A program made the translations under genes and the position numbers. From positions 1,815,513-1,879,512 of the forward strand of contig MU057989.1 in assembly GCA_013265495.1 (NCBI GenBank): a stretch of DNA of 64,000 bases. Direction: 5' to 3'. This stretch comes from Vicugna vicugna (lineage: Eukaryota). Under the pieces are notes generated by a model. It worked only from the letters and a program-made list of their open reading frames with translations, made no database searches and was not told where the DNA came from. This document shows positions 50,299 through 63,672 of this stretch, piece after piece. Numbering within the stretch: the stretch's first letter is position 1; each line of letters begins with the position of its first letter.

Positions 50299-50692
50299 CA
50301 TGTACTAAACATGCCAAAGAAAAGGCAAACAATTAGAGCATCACTCTTCCTCTCAAGACTATAAATACAAATCCGAAGAATATGAGAACTTTTTAACACT
50401 GATAATCCAATAAATCAGTTCCAAGGCATGGTTCCTCTGTTCAGAGGACAAAGGTATACCAACTAGGAGAAGATTTATACTGTTTGGTCCACGGGAATGA
50501 ACTCCTATTGGTAAGATTCTTGTCTGTTTCTTATTATACTCGCAATATTCAGACAGCATGACTGAAATTAGGTAATAAGTCTATCCACCACCCCTTACAG
50601 AGTACTGAGCTTTTTTGATCACCTATACTGCCCTTCCTAATACACATTTAACCAAATATTTGTTCTCAGTTTCATTATAAAGTTAATTGAGA

Positions 50693-50835
50693 GGGGCAGG
50701 GTGTAGCTCAGGGGTAGAGTGTGCTTAGCATGCGCAAGGTCCTGGTTTCAGTCCCCAGAACCTGCGCACACACACACACAAAACCTAATAAATAAATAGA
50801 CTTAATTATCCCCCCCAAAGAAACAAACAAAAAAA
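50693..50835 (+). mobile_element. Vic-1-type SINE
   Basis: tRNA head and tail. Confidence 0.85.
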
Positions 50836-52060
50836 GGCAATTGTCTTGCAGGTTAAAATTAATATGCTGAAAATTCCACAATTAGTTATCTCACACTTCC
50901 TGAAATTTTCCCACTTTATATTTATTGTCCAAATGATATTATCCAGAACAAAAGCTGGTCTATCTGGTTACAGATGCAGTTGCTTATTTTGATGTCCGGT
51001 CCTGTCTTCGGCCACTCCCTTGCCCCACCCTGGGGGCAGACGCGTTAAGTCATTCCCTTATCTCCTTGTCTTTACAAGTGTTTCTTTGGCCTAGGTTAGA
51101 AAGTCTCCACTCCTCCCCAAGACCCGGTCCATTGTCACCTCCTGTGGGGACCTCCTCTGGCCACTCCGTACCTCATCAGCCATTGACGCCCCCATCTCAA
51201 TACACATCCTTGCTAGAGTCCCCTGCTTCCTTGTCTTGTCCCCTCCAGGACCCTGTATGCCCCTATTGGTCTAAACGATGACCTACTCATCTTTGTGGTC
51301 CCGATGCCCAGTATGAAGCCCAACACTGAATCCATGCTGAATGGACCAGGGGCCGAGACGGAACAAATGAATGAATGGATGTATACATCCCAACAAAGCT
51401 GCATTTGGAGTCATCTGCTCAGCTCCTCCAGGATAAAGACCCTTAGTCAGACTTGGTCGTCCTGGCTTGTGTGGAATTTGGAACCGGGCACGCCCGGTTG
51501 GCCTGCTGTTTTCCAGCCCCTGCAGGACCCACTTTCCACCTGCGTGTGCAATCCTTAGTCTGATCGCTGCCAGGCCCACCCGCTTTCCCACCTCTGCTCA
51601 GCTTCTTCTCACTGCTTACTCATCTTCCAATTTCCGGTCATGCTGCTGGACCTCCAAGCCAGGACCAGATACCACACGAAACAGACAAAGGAATGCAAAC
51701 TGAAATGTGACATGTGTACTCCATACCCCGGTCTCTTAGGCAAGCTCAAATCACCGCCCAGCGGGCCGAATCCGGAAACCTGACTTCCTGAGGACGGGCC
51801 AGGGATATCTCAGGAAGCTTGCTCAGACAGGAATCCCTGTAGTTATTCTGGTTCCCTTGAGGTAATAGGAAATCAAATTACACAAAGCAATCATAGCTTG
51901 GATTTTAAAGTATCTTATGGAAATATTGCTGTTTGCTTCAACTACATAGCACTTTAAAAATGTTTTCCGAGCTTGACCTTATTATCTTCTCCTGAGGTTG
52001 ATGCTGTGAAGTAAGCTTTTAAAAATCAGGAATTATCATTATTTCAAAGGTTAAAGGTTG

Positions 52061-52510
52061 GTGGGGAAGATGTAGCTCAGTGGTAGAGTGCATGCCTAAC
52101 ATGCAAGGTCCTGGGTTCAATCCCCAGTACCGTCATTAAAAAGAAAAAGAAAGGATACTATGAACTCATCTACAAAACAGAAACAGACTCACAGACATAG
52201 TAAACAATCTTGTGGTTACCTGGGAAAGAGGGTGGGAAGGGATAAATTTGGGAGATTGAGATTTGCAAAGGTTAGCTACTATATAAAAAAACAGATTATT
52301 TAAAAAATTTCTTTTGTATAGCACAGGGAACTATATTCAATATCTTGTAATAATCCTTAATGATAAAAAATATGAAAATGAATATATGTCTGTACATGCA
52401 TGACTGGGACATTGTGCTGGACACTAGAGATTGACACATTGTAACTGACTGTACTTCAATAAAAATAAATAAATGAACCTAATTGCCTCTCCCACAAAAT
52501 AAAAAGTAAA
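52061..52510 (+). mobile_element. Vic-1-type SINE split by an L1 3' fragment (~52153-52465)
   Basis: Head 52061-52140, L1 3' UTR, then aaataaatgaacctaattgcctctccc tail. Confidence 0.85.
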
Positions 52511-53051
52511 ACTTTTTAAAAAGTTTAAAGAATAAAGTTTTGGTGAGGGTGGGGATTTCTGCAGGCTCAGCTGAGAGGCAGCTGCGTCAGATCAGGCAGT
52601 CCTTGCTGAGGCACTGACCCCTAGAGGGAACCTGGCCCACTTTGGACAGAAAGAATTTGTTCCTGTTTGAGTTCGTCCTGCATGAACACTTTTAATCATG
52701 TAACAACCCACCGCCCCAATTCATTCAGCTAATTCAATGGCCCCAGAATAAACTACAGACCCTAGTCTTCTAAGGCGGCCAGGATCTGCCTCCACTTTCA
52801 CTGATGGATTCTTTGCACCACCTTTGAGTCCCTCTACTCAGCCAGGCACTGGGGGATCCAAGTGGCCGAGGATAAAGGAGACTAGTGGAGTCCTTGCCCT
52901 CAGGGGCCTTGCACCCCCATAGATCCTGGCAAAATTCTTCCCTTAGACTGCTGATCTGGACTGTGACTCACACATCACTAACCTTTCAGGCAGTCCCTGC
53001 TTTCCAAGGCTCCCCAGGCACCTGCAAAACCTAATTCAACGAAACATCGCT

Positions 53052-53190
53052 GGGGGCAGGGAGGGTATAGCACAGTGGTAGAGCTGGTGCTTAGCATGGA
53101 CGAGAGCCTGGGTTCAATCCCCAGTGCCTCCATTAAAATAAATAAACCTAATTGCCACTCCCCCTAAAAAAGTTAAAACAAAATTAAAAA
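53052..53190 (+). mobile_element. Vic-1-type SINE
   Basis: TSD gaaacatcgctg. Confidence 0.9.
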
Positions 53191-53760
53191 TTTTTTAAAG
53201 GAAAAGAAACATCGCTGTCCCACAAAGTGTGAATGACCATGTCCTTCCAAAGACTTCAGCAGGAGAGGGATGGGCAGTTAGACATGAGAAGAAGAAAGAA
53301 AACTGGCTGCGTGTTACCAACAGTTGCATCTGATGAATGAGGACGTGGGAAGTGGGAGTGGGGGGAGAATGCCATGATTCTTCCCCTCTTTCTACTTGTG
53401 CATGATTGAACTTTTCCACAATAAAACGTTCAAAGTATATGTATATATAAATCAATACTTTAAAATTAAAATATTTAAAAAATAAATTATATTAAATTTT
53501 AAAAATAAATATATGTATAAATATATCTTGCCCAGCCTTTCCAGTCAGGGTCATTTGTTCCATTCTCTGTGTTGGTCCAAAATGTTCTTTTTTTTCTTTT
53601 TTTCTTTTTTTTAAATCATTTTACATGCCTGTCTTCCTTTTAGTATGAGCTTCTTGACTTCAGACCTTTTTCTTCTGTCCTATTTACTTGCATATCTTGG
53701 GGCCAGAGCACATTCTCCACGAGTTGAGCAAATGAAAAATTGTCTTTAAATACGTAGTTT

Positions 53761-54346
53761 TGTTGCAGGGTAATGGGGAGTGAGAGGATGGTCATGTCCC
53801 AGGTCTCAGGCGAGTCCTGGGATGTGACCCATCAAGTGAGGGTCCTTGGCTTCCTGCAGGAAAGGATTCAACAGCGATACATAGTAAAGTGAAAGTGAGT
53901 TTATTCAGGGAATACACACTCCATAGACAGTGTGCAAGTGTCTCAGAAGACGAGAGAGAGAGAGGCAGCAGGCAAGAGGTGGCCCCAGAGCGTAGGGTCT
54001 TCTTGGAAAGTGAGATCGACCTCGAGGGGTAAGAATGGTTGGTTTTTATGCGGTCAGTAATTTCATATACTAACAATTAAGAGGATCACTCCAACTACTT
54101 TGGAGAAGGGGCAGGGATTTCTAGCGGGCCACCACCCACTTTTGGGCCTTTTATGACCAGCCTCAAACAGGTCATGGCTCCTGTGGGTGTGTCATTCACC
54201 ATGCTAATATGTTACAATGAGTGTATAATGAAGCTCAAGGTCCAGTGGAAGTCAAATCTCCTGCCATCTTGGGGCTCAAGGTCTCCTGGAAGTTGGATCT
54301 CCTGCCATCTTGGTGGTTGTGCTCTACCCCTTTCCCACCTGTCTCA
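53761..54346 (-). mobile_element. ERV1-class solo LTR
   Basis: TGTTGCA...GTCTCA termini; 4-bp TSD GTTT; tttatt minus-strand polyA signal; internal ~40-bp duplication ending atctcctgccatcttgg. Confidence 0.87.
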
Positions 54347-55174
54347 GTTTAACTTTCTGGTAGTAAACTGGGACTGTAGTCTCAGAGAATGGAAATACTG
54401 TCATGTTTAATGGCCTGTAATAAGAATGTACAGCTGTAGTGGTGATCATCTTGTAATGTATAAAAATACTGAATCACTATGTTGTACACCTAAAACTAAT
54501 ATTTTAAGTCAATTATATTTCAATTTTCTAAGAAAGTGTATGGCTGCAAACTCCAGTGCCTTCAAATCAGAGAGCATTAAACTCTTTCTTGAATTTGACT
54601 AATGATTAAAAAGCCAATTAGAAAGGGGTCAAATGGCACATTTCCTCCCAGAGGATCTCTGAGGGGAACTGCCGGCAGCATTATCTTATTTGCAAAAATG
54701 CTTTAGCAAAATATTTGAGCTACTCTCTCTCGAAACTTCCCAGCAGCCGTGCTTCAGGCCAATTTCTAGTAGCGTGGGCCATCCTGCTTGTCAGCAAGCC
54801 TTTTTTCTGTCTGCAAGTCCTAAAGGGAGGCTGGAGACGGGAAATCTGTACTAGCTAATTTGATTATCCCCCTGTTGATCAGTTTCATTCCAAATGCCAT
54901 GGCCAAACACACTTTAAAACAAGTCTGTTAACTTGTGTATGGGCTTCTCTGCATATTTACATGCAGGAATCCCAGAGGCCTGGGGCAGGAATGCGTGTCT
55001 GCCTGTGCACAGTTAAATGGTGAACATTCTTTACATGTCTGCGTCCCTCCCTTCCTCAGTCTCTGAATCTTAAACCATCTAGTCCCTAGACTTGCCCCAC
55101 ACCAACCCATCACTGCAAACAGCACACGAAGATAACAGTGCTTCTCAGACATGAATGTGGAAGTGAATCATTTG

Positions 55175-55290
55175 AAATCTTGCTAAAATGCAGATTTGGA
55201 TTCAACACGTTTGGGGTGGGGCCTAAGATTGTGACTTTCTAACAAATTTCCAGAACATACTCTCTGCTCCTGGTCTGCGGACCACACTTC
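55175..55290. mobile_element. MER5-like hAT remnant
   Basis: ttgctaaaatgcagatt...tggggtggggcctaaga...tttctaacaa...ggaccacactt. Confidence 0.7.
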
Positions 55291-55380
55291 TTTCTTTTTT
55301 AGTGGTGGGACTGGGGATTGAACCCAGGACCTTGTGCGTGCTAAGTGCCTGCTCTACCACTGAGCTATACCCAGCCTCCC
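55288..55380 (-). mobile_element. Vic-1-type SINE
   Basis: tRNA head reversed. Confidence 0.88.
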
Positions 55381-55804
55381 ACACCCTGCCCCTTGGGCTA
55401 TTTTTTAAGTTCTTCTAATTGGAAAAAGTCACTATACAGGTTGATTAGAAAATCTGGACTCAGGTAGGTTTTTTCTTATGTATAAATGGAGCAGTAATCA
55501 GGGAGATTCCAAATCTATTTGCTTTTGGTTTATACATACACTGGGCAATTCAAGTTAAAAGATTCCTATCAGCCTAAACCCTGATTAAAATTTCTGAATC
55601 TCGGCATCTCAGTGAAATCACCCACTCGCCTATTTTTAGCCTCTAATGTAAAATAGCCCTAAATCAAAAGACGAGTGTTGTTCAAGTTCGCCCTTAGTAA
55701 CTTTAGAAAGGGCAAGTCCTTTATAAACTATAAATGTGAGTGCACCATGTGCGTGGTGGAAATGCCTAAAATTGTCTTCCCATCTTTCTGAAGAGCCAAG
55801 CAAC

Positions 55805-55870
55805 TTTTTTGGTTTTGATTGGAGGTACTTCCAATTGAACCCAGGACCTCCTGCATGCTAAACACAGCAC
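55805..55870 (-). mobile_element. Vic-1-type SINE, truncated
   Basis: attgaacccaggacctcctgcatgcta. Confidence 0.75.
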
Positions 55871-55949
55871 TAGTTTAAAATATTTAAGTGAGGCTTTCAC
55901 ACGTCTAAGGAAAAAGCAGACAGTGAGAGAGCTAAAATAATCCCCATGG

Positions 55950-56460
55950 TACCAAAAGTGGGCGCTACGTCTGGAGTGAGAGTTAACCTCCCGGTTGGAG
56001 AGAAGACACGTGGCCGGCGCCGCAGGGGCTTCTGTCTGGCTGTCATTTTCTGCTCCAGGCCCAGCTCCGCCGAGCCTCCTCCTGGGGATGATTCAGCTTC
56101 TCCCTCCGCGCTCAGTGGCCAATTACAGCCCAGTTCCAAGCATGGACTGAAGCAACAGCAGTCTCCTGGATAGTGAGAGCACCGACCTCCGCTTGGGGCC
56201 TGAGAGCCGAAGCGCCCCCTCTGCCTTTGGGGATGCGCTCGGCCTTCTCCATTCACGCTTAGAGGACAGAGCCATTGAGGCTGCTGAGGTTACAAATGAT
56301 GAGATCCTTCTCCAAACACAAATCCACACGTACACGTTCCCCTGCTCTCTCCTGGCCTTTTAATAGCTAGGCGATCTGGCCTCTTCAGGAGCGTGGGGAG
56401 ACTCTTCCGAACCGACTACACGTCATTTCTTCACCTCTGTATCATTTGCACGAGGGGAAA
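55950..56460. promoter_or_regulatory. CpG-enriched putative regulatory element with CTCF-like motif
   Basis: CpG cluster; cacgtg E-box ~56008; gcgccccctctgcc at 56212-56225. Confidence 0.45.
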
Positions 56461-56481
56461 GCAGAGATTTAGAAAACTTGC

Positions 56482-56529
56482 AACTGGCTCAAAGGTGGAG
56501 GAACTGGCTCAAAGGTGGAGGGACTGGCT
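56482..56529. repeat. 20-bp tandem repeat aactggctcaaaggtggagg x~2.4
   Basis: Direct reading. Confidence 0.9.
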
Positions 56530-56814
56530 TTCTTCGGGCCCGTGGAGATGTTAAACATAGTGGTGGGATTGTAGAGAGGGATCTCACCCCTCCGGGAGAA
56601 AGGAGCTCTAGGCCATCGCAGTGCAGTTGGTACCAAAAGGGGGAGACCGGACAGTGGCTCTTTCATTCCAGCTGCTTCGCGAACACAGAGTTCACAGTCA
56701 GGAGAGAAGATCAGACCCGCAAGAAAAAGAGAAAAATGGGGCAGAAGGGGAAAAAGAAAAAAAGACCTCGAGAAACAGTTTTAATTTTTCTTTTTTTAAA
56801 ATATCAATTCTTTA

Positions 56815-57350
56815 TCATTTTCTTTATTGAAGTATATAGTCAGTATACAATGTGTCAATTTCTGGTGTACAGCACCATGCTTCAGTCATACTTGAATATA
56901 CATTTATTCATTTTCATATTCTTCTTCACCTTTTCAAGCTACTATAAGATGTTCTATACAGTATAAACTTATTTATCTGTTTTATGTATACCAGTCAGTA
57001 TCTGCAAATCTCGATCTTCCCTTCTCATCCTCTTCCCCTCTGGTAACCATAAGTTTGTTTTCTACGTCTGTGAGTCTGTTTCTATTTAATACATAAGTTC
57101 ATTTGTCTCTCTCTCTCTCTCTCTTTTTTTTTTTTTAGTTTCCACATATGAGTGATATCATATGGTATTTTTCTTTCTCTTTCTGGCTTACTTCACTTAG
57201 AATGACATTATCCAGGTCCATCCACGTTGCTGCAAGTAGCATTATTTTATTCTTTTTTCACTACTGAGTAGTATTCCATTGTATAAATATACCACAACTT
57301 TATCGAGTCATCTGTCGATGGACATTTAGGTTGTCTCCATGTCTTGGCTT
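56815..57350 (-). mobile_element. L1 3' end
   Basis: ttattgaagtatatagtcag...cacttagaatgaca...ggacatttaggttg. Confidence 0.9.
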
Positions 57351-58064
57351 AATTTTCTTTACTATTTTCAAAAACTACACCCAGCGGTGCAGAAACAGAT
57401 AGAGTAAGGAGTCATGTCCTGCTTTCCCCCTTTTTAAGTTAGGGGTGGGGGCTTCCTTCCACAGTTTGCTCATTCTCAAGCTCAGGTGTTTTTAAGTTTG
57501 CTGATTGACTTAACCTGAAAGTAGAAAGAAGGAGGGACAAAGGACGAAAGGCCCTGATTCACAGCCCCATTAACTGGAGACAATCAGTGTTAACATTTCA
57601 GTGAATCAACTTTCTAGCATCTTCATATGAGAGAGGAAAAAAAACCAGAAACAAAAGAGCAAGGAAAATGAAAGAAAAAGAAACAGGGAGAGAAATGGAA
57701 CACCTTTACATCATCTTTATAACCTCGACAGTGCTCTGTGGTGTTGAAAGCTTTTTGCTATCTTTGTAGGGAGGCCAAGTTTATTCACCTCCCAGAGCAG
57801 CCAACGGAAGCAACGGAAAGGGAAATCTAAGGAGCTGTGTCTGTTTGTGTTTAAAAGAGGACTTTCATTCCTAACACCGGTGATGGATATCTTTGCATTT
57901 CTAAGTTAGAAACTCCTGCTCTAGTAAGCCAATAGAGTTAGGGGGCCCCGTGGGAAAGGAAAGATACAGCTTTTTGCCATAAAAGACAGCATTTTGGCCT
58001 AAGTCATTTTGGGGTCTAAACCTGGGCACGATGCTTGTCTTCCAACAGGTCTCAGTAATAGTGA

Positions 58065-58632
58065 TATTAAGGGAACAAAAGGACAAAGGACTGTTATCAG
58101 GCAAGAGAAGTAGCAAGAGCAAAGATAAGAAGTCAGTAGCATTTCTCACAGCTCTGTTTCAAAGGTAAACATTAGCCCGAAGTACTTTCTTGAGCTGTTT
58201 TGCAGAATTTAAAGCCCCCTTGATGCTGTACACCTGAAACTAACACAACATTGTAAATCAACTATACTTCAATATAAAATAATAATAAATAAAAATTAAT
58301 TAACAAAACAAAACAAAACCCTCGTGCACTCAACCGCCGGATCAACTGGAACCCAAGGGATGATGACACTGACCTCTTCTGACCCTCGTGACATCCATCA
58401 ACTAAAGCTATCAACTAAAGTCTGTCCGCTGCACAAGCTCCTTGGTGAATATGCATGTATTCTTAGCTTCAGACTTCCCCAATTTTGCTGTTCTGGGAGA
58501 CACTGCTTTGGGAAAGATCCTGGTCCTCCTTTCTTGCTGCAAGTAATAAATTCTTCCTTTTCCGGCTCTTTCGCTGGGTTGTGTCTTCTGGCTGGACACC
58601 CACCAGGAGGCAAACCCAGTTTTTGAGTAACA
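58065..58632 (+). mobile_element. ERV-type LTR (5' boundary uncertain) with a short L1 3' insertion at ~58221-58320
   Basis: gagacactgctttgggaaagatcc...AATAAA...ends GTAACA. Confidence 0.65.
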
Positions 58633-59149
58633 CTTCCTCTAACAACTTGGAGTTCCAGGCTGCCCACAAATCTCCACCAAAGTGAAGTGATCGATTTGGA
58701 GAGTTCTTGGCAGCAGCTGCTGGAGAGCACAAATGTAGGAAATGTGGATGGAGAGATGAAAAATCCCAATTGATTTTTCATGCTTGAATGTAATAGAATT
58801 GCGTGGGGGAGCTGGTTCAATGGGCAGATTTCCAGCCACCTCCCCAGAGATCTTGGTCCAATTAATCCAAGGTTGGGCAGAGCCCCCAGATTTGCACTAT
58901 TAGCCTGTGTTCTGGGTGATTCTAATGCAAATCGGTCATGGACCACACTTTGGAGAAACACTCCGAGGCATTCAAACAGAGCAATCACTTAAGTGTGAGG
59001 AAAATATATTTTAGATGAATGAGATCAGTTAGATCTGGGATCAAAACTTACCTCCACTTTGTTACTAGTTGCAGATCAGTAAAATGTTAAAGTCCTAAAT
59101 CTTTGTTTCCTCATAGGCAAACTAGAGATAAAAATACCTATCATCAAAA

Positions 59150-59997
59150 CTACCATGAGGCATCACCTCACACCAGTCAAAATGGCCATCATTCAAAAGT
59201 CCACAAACAATAAATGCTGGAGAGGCTGTGGAGAAAGGGAACCCTCCTACACTGCTGGTGGGAATGCAGTTTGGTGCAGCCGTTGTGGAAAACAGTATGG
59301 AGATTCCTCAAAAGATTAAAAATAGACTTACCAATATGACCCAGGAATCCCACTCCTAGGCATATATGCAGAAGGAACCTTAATTCAGAAGAACACCTGC
59401 ACCCCAATGTTCATAGCAGCACTATTTACAACAGCCAAGACATGGAAACGATCTAAATGTCCATCAACAGATGACTGGATAAAAAAGTTGTGGTATATTT
59501 ATACAATGGAATACTATCAGCCATAAAAAAGAATAAAATAATGCTATTTGCAGCAACATGGATGGCTCTGGAGAATGTCATTCTAAGTGAAGTAAGCCAG
59601 AAGAAAAAGAAAAATACCATATGATATCACTCATATGTGGAATCCAAAAAAAAAAAAAAAAGAGACAAATGAACTTATTTATAGAATAAAAACAGACTCA
59701 TAGACATAGAAAATAAACTTATGGTTACCAGTGGGGAAGAGGGTGGAAAGGGATAAACTGGGAGTTTGAGATGTGCAGATACTAACTCCTATATGTAAAA
59801 TAGATAAACAAACAAGTTTATACTGTTTTATAGCACAGGGAACTATATTTGATATCTTGTAGTAGCTTATGGTGAGAAAGAATATGAAAATGAATGTATG
59901 CATATTCATGTATGACTGAAGCATTGTGCTGTACACCAGAAACTGACACAACATTGTAAACTGACCATACTTCAATTAAAAAAAAAGTAAAAAAAAA
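59150..59997 (+). mobile_element. L1 3' insertion within a MIR
   Basis: catcacctcacaccagtcaaaatggcc...ccaatgttcatagcagcactattt...A tail. Confidence 0.93.
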
Positions 59998-60655
59998 ATC
60001 ACATGGTCAGGCACTTTTGTGAAAATTAGAGAAGCTAGTCAGTAAAGCGCCTGGGATACAGTAAACGGATGTTAATTTCCCTTTCTCAAAGGTTTATCTG
60101 TGTGCAAATAGTTGACTGGAAAAAGTTGTATACAACCATAAAGACTTTATTTTAGTGATTAAACTTTCTTCTTTTTATTATTATTATTTTTTTTTTATTT
60201 TTAGTGATTAAACTTTCATTTCTTTTAAGTTCAGATACCAAAAGAAAAGTCACACGGGAAGGAAAACCTGGGTTTTACATTTAAGACATTAGAAGGTTTC
60301 TGCTAGAACTTTATTCCTTTCTTTATTATTATAATGCCTCCATTGTTAAAAAATGTAAACAGTATAATGTTTATAGCATATACTTTACAGGTGAACTTGA
60401 AAAATTTTACTATACTAACAATGTCAATAAAATTGAAATTATCATTCATTCCCCTGGGAGAACAAATATTGATGATTTAGGTTTACACATAGGGTAACTT
60501 CTAGGGTTTTTGCTTCTAACAGTAAAAGTCTGGTGGGATTTCATGGGGTCTACAAAAATCACTCTTGAGGGAAAGAGGTGCTTCCCATCCCGCCACCAAA
60601 GGAAGTGAGAAATAATCAAGACATCAGTAAATGATTTTTTAAGCTGTACTTTAAC

Positions 60656-60740
60656 TTTCTTCTTCTTCTTTTTTTTTTCAGTGGCGGTACTGGGAATTAA
60701 ACCCAGGACTTCATGCATGCTAACCACACACTGTGCTACT
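60656..60740 (-). mobile_element. Vic-1-type SINE
   Basis: TSD aa(g/a)ctgta(c/t)tttaa. Confidence 0.85.
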
Positions 60741-61389
60741 GAGCTACACCCATCCCTCCCAAACTGTATTTTAAAATAATTTTAGATTTACAGAAAATTT
60801 GCATCATAGTACAGAGAGTTCCATATCCTCTCACTAAGTAGATTTATTTTAAAAAAGAAACTAAGCACTTTGTTATGTGTGGATGTTAATCACATCATCC
60901 AGTAGCTAATCCTGCAGACTTGGCTGCTTTGCTGGCCACCTGAGGCTGGCTTCTCTTCCTTCCTCTTTCTGTACCTGCATGACCATTTCCTCTCCTTACT
61001 GTACCTCTGGACAGAGCTCTTCAGGGGATGGCAATGCTCTCTCAGCCCTTCATCCTATGTCCGAGGAGTTTGGGCCCAAGGACAAGGCCTGCTGGTGCAA
61101 TGCCTCGGTGTCCGTTCAGCCTGGACCTCGAGGTGACACCATCAGTGCTGACCAGCATGGGCTGCAATGAAAGGAGCTAACACTCTTAAAAAACCTAAAT
61201 AGAAGGCACTCCGGTTTCTTCCCACTTTTCCACATACACACCTTAGAGGCCTTTCGTCACATCTCCTGGAGACTGACTTATATGACATCTGACTTAAGTG
61301 ATTGTCATGTATATGACAAGCATCATATCACATAAGTCTGCCTTCCTTGGTTCTCACCCTGTAACTCTGTTTAAAACTGAAATTGGTGT

Positions 61390-61553
61390 GGGAGGAGGGT
61401 ATAGTTCAGTGGCAGAGTGCATGCGTGGCACGCATGAGATCCTGAGTTCAATCCCCAGTACCCCCACTAATAAGTAAATAAATAAACCTAATTATCTCCC
61501 CTCCCCACAAAAAAATACCAAAAAAAAAAGGGAAATGAAGAAGAGAAAAAGAA
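61390..61553 (+). mobile_element. Vic-1-type SINE
   Basis: TSD aaaactgaaatt. Confidence 0.88.
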
Positions 61554-61892
61554 AGAATTTTTTCTTGAAAAACTGAAATTAAATTTAGATGAAATACTTT
61601 AATTTTTATGAAAATGCTATTTTAAGATTTCTGATTAAAAAATTATCAATATTTGTTTAAAGTCTACTTTATATCATCTTCCAGATTTTATTATATAAAA
61701 ATTAATCATCATACACTATTTTAGTTTATATGAGACTAATCTTAAAATCACATAATTTGATATATTTAAATTTCTACAATGATTTTCTGAATCAAATAAG
61801 TTATTATTTCTGCAACTGTAGATGAAATACTTAAAATATTCATTTAAGTGTGTTTCCTTTGCAGCATTTGGCCCCATACAAAACCCATCCCC

Positions 61893-62055
61893 CGGGGATA
61901 AGGTACAGCTCAAGTGGTAGAGCCTTGCCTAACGTGCACGAGGTCCTGGGTTCAATCCCCAGTACCGCCATTAAAATAAATAAATAGACTCAATTACTTC
62001 CTCCCCTAAAAAGTGTTTTTAAAACAAACAAACAAAAAAACCCAAACCAAAAAAC
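61893..62055 (+). mobile_element. Vic-1-type SINE
   Basis: tRNA head and tail. Confidence 0.88.
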
Positions 62056-62324
62056 CCCCACCATTCCTGGGGGGCAGGCTGTCTGGTGTGAACGTCTCAC
62101 ATCAGCATGTCCTTTGGACCCAAGCACATTGTTCTCATTATATGGATTCTAGCAATAGCCATTGTGACAGATCATTGAATTAGGAAGTGAACAAGTTCTT
62201 TTCTCGAAGTTAACTCTTCACTTCCTTAAGGGAGGAGATTGTCTGGATAATCCAAGTGGTAGAGGACGGAAAAGAATTTGCAGTTGTTAGGGGAGAATAG
62301 ATCATCAGTCATCTAAGTTCTAAA

Positions 62325-62617
62325 TAATAAGTAGTTCACTTGTGTCCTTATTATTGTTGTTATTTTTTAGGTTCCTCATGTAAATGATGTCCTATGGCAT
62401 TATTCTTTCTCTTTCCGGCCCACTTCACTTAGAATGACAATCTTCAGGTCCATCCATATTGCTGCAAATGGCATTACTTTATTCTTTTTTATGACTGAGT
62501 GGTATTCCATTGTATATATGTACCACATCTTCTTTAACCAGTCATCTGTGGATGGACACTTAGGTTGTTTCCATGTCTTGGTTATAGTAAATAGTGCTGC
62601 CGTGAACATTGGGGTGC
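62325..62617 (-). mobile_element. L1 ORF2 C-terminal fragment
   Basis: ORF 62400..62729 [27 protein letters not shown]. Confidence 0.9.
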
Positions 62618-62749
62618 AAAAGAAATATATTCTTAAAGAGCAGAGGGAGTGAAACCACTGCTGCCTAGCAGGAGGGACACCTGACTGTTTCTGTTGAGCC
62701 TGAGAGATAAGACAGGTTTTTGTCGTCATTGTTGTTTTGCTGCCTCATT

Positions 62750-62980
62750 TTATTTTATTATCTATTTTTTGATTTACCATGTTCTATTAGTTTCTGGTGT
62801 ACAGCATAGCGATTCAGACATAGATATATATATTTTCAGATTCTTTTTCATTATAGATTATTACAAGCTATTAAATATAGTTCCCTGTGCTACCCAGTAG
62901 GACCTTGTTGTTCATCTATTTTATATATAGTAGTGAGCATCTGCTAATCTCAAACTCCTAATTTATCCCTCCCTCCCCCT
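62750..62980 (-). mobile_element. L1 3' terminal fragment
   Basis: ttagtttctggtgtacagc...aatatagttccctgtgcta. Confidence 0.85.
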
Positions 62981-63079
62981 AAGAGAGGTTTTAACATTGT
63001 TAAAAATTTATTAAAAATTTTTTTTTGTTGTTTTGATTTTAACATTTTTAAAGTGGTACAAATAAATCAAAAGAAGGAC

Positions 63080-63283
63080 AAAATTGTAGGACATGTGAAA
63101 ATTACATGAAATTCTAGTTTCAGTATCCTTAAATAAACTCCTGAGACACAGCCATACCCACTCATTTTCATATTGTCTGTGGCTGCTGGGGCCACAGGTG
63201 AGAAGCTACAGACACACCATGTGAGCAGCAAAGAGGAAGATATTCACTATCTGGTCCTTCATAGACGTTTACCAATCTCTGAT
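63080..63283. mobile_element. MER58-like hAT remnant
   Basis: acacagccatacccactcatt...tattcactatctggtccttcataga. Confidence 0.6.
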
Positions 63284-63672
63284 GTTGCTTACAATGGAAG
63301 TTTAAGCTGACCTTAGTAAATGACCTTACATAAAAATGTCACTGAATGAAAAAGGATTCTGCTCTTTTACTGCATGGCAGCCAGTAGGGAGGTGCCTCTG
63401 GCCCATCACCAGACTCTTCAAGATGCAACAGGGCCTGTGACTTTTACAAATACATGAAGGTCATTGTGATAAATGTTTTCCAAAGATTACCATGGCTGTA
63501 AAACCACTGGGAACACAGCCACAAATAAGGAAGACACACTCAGCTGTGGAAGAATGCATGAGTCTTTAGCTTCATTGCCTCAGTGAGGTATGCAACATCT
63601 TAGAAAGAACAATGAAGGATTGGTCAAGAAGAGGTGAACAGAAACAAATAATGAAAATTAATATTTTATTTG

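Noticed and set aside
58398..58988. Longest ORF in the window (196 aa, minus strand)
   Set aside because: Spans an LTR and a MER5-like remnant; no recognisable domain.
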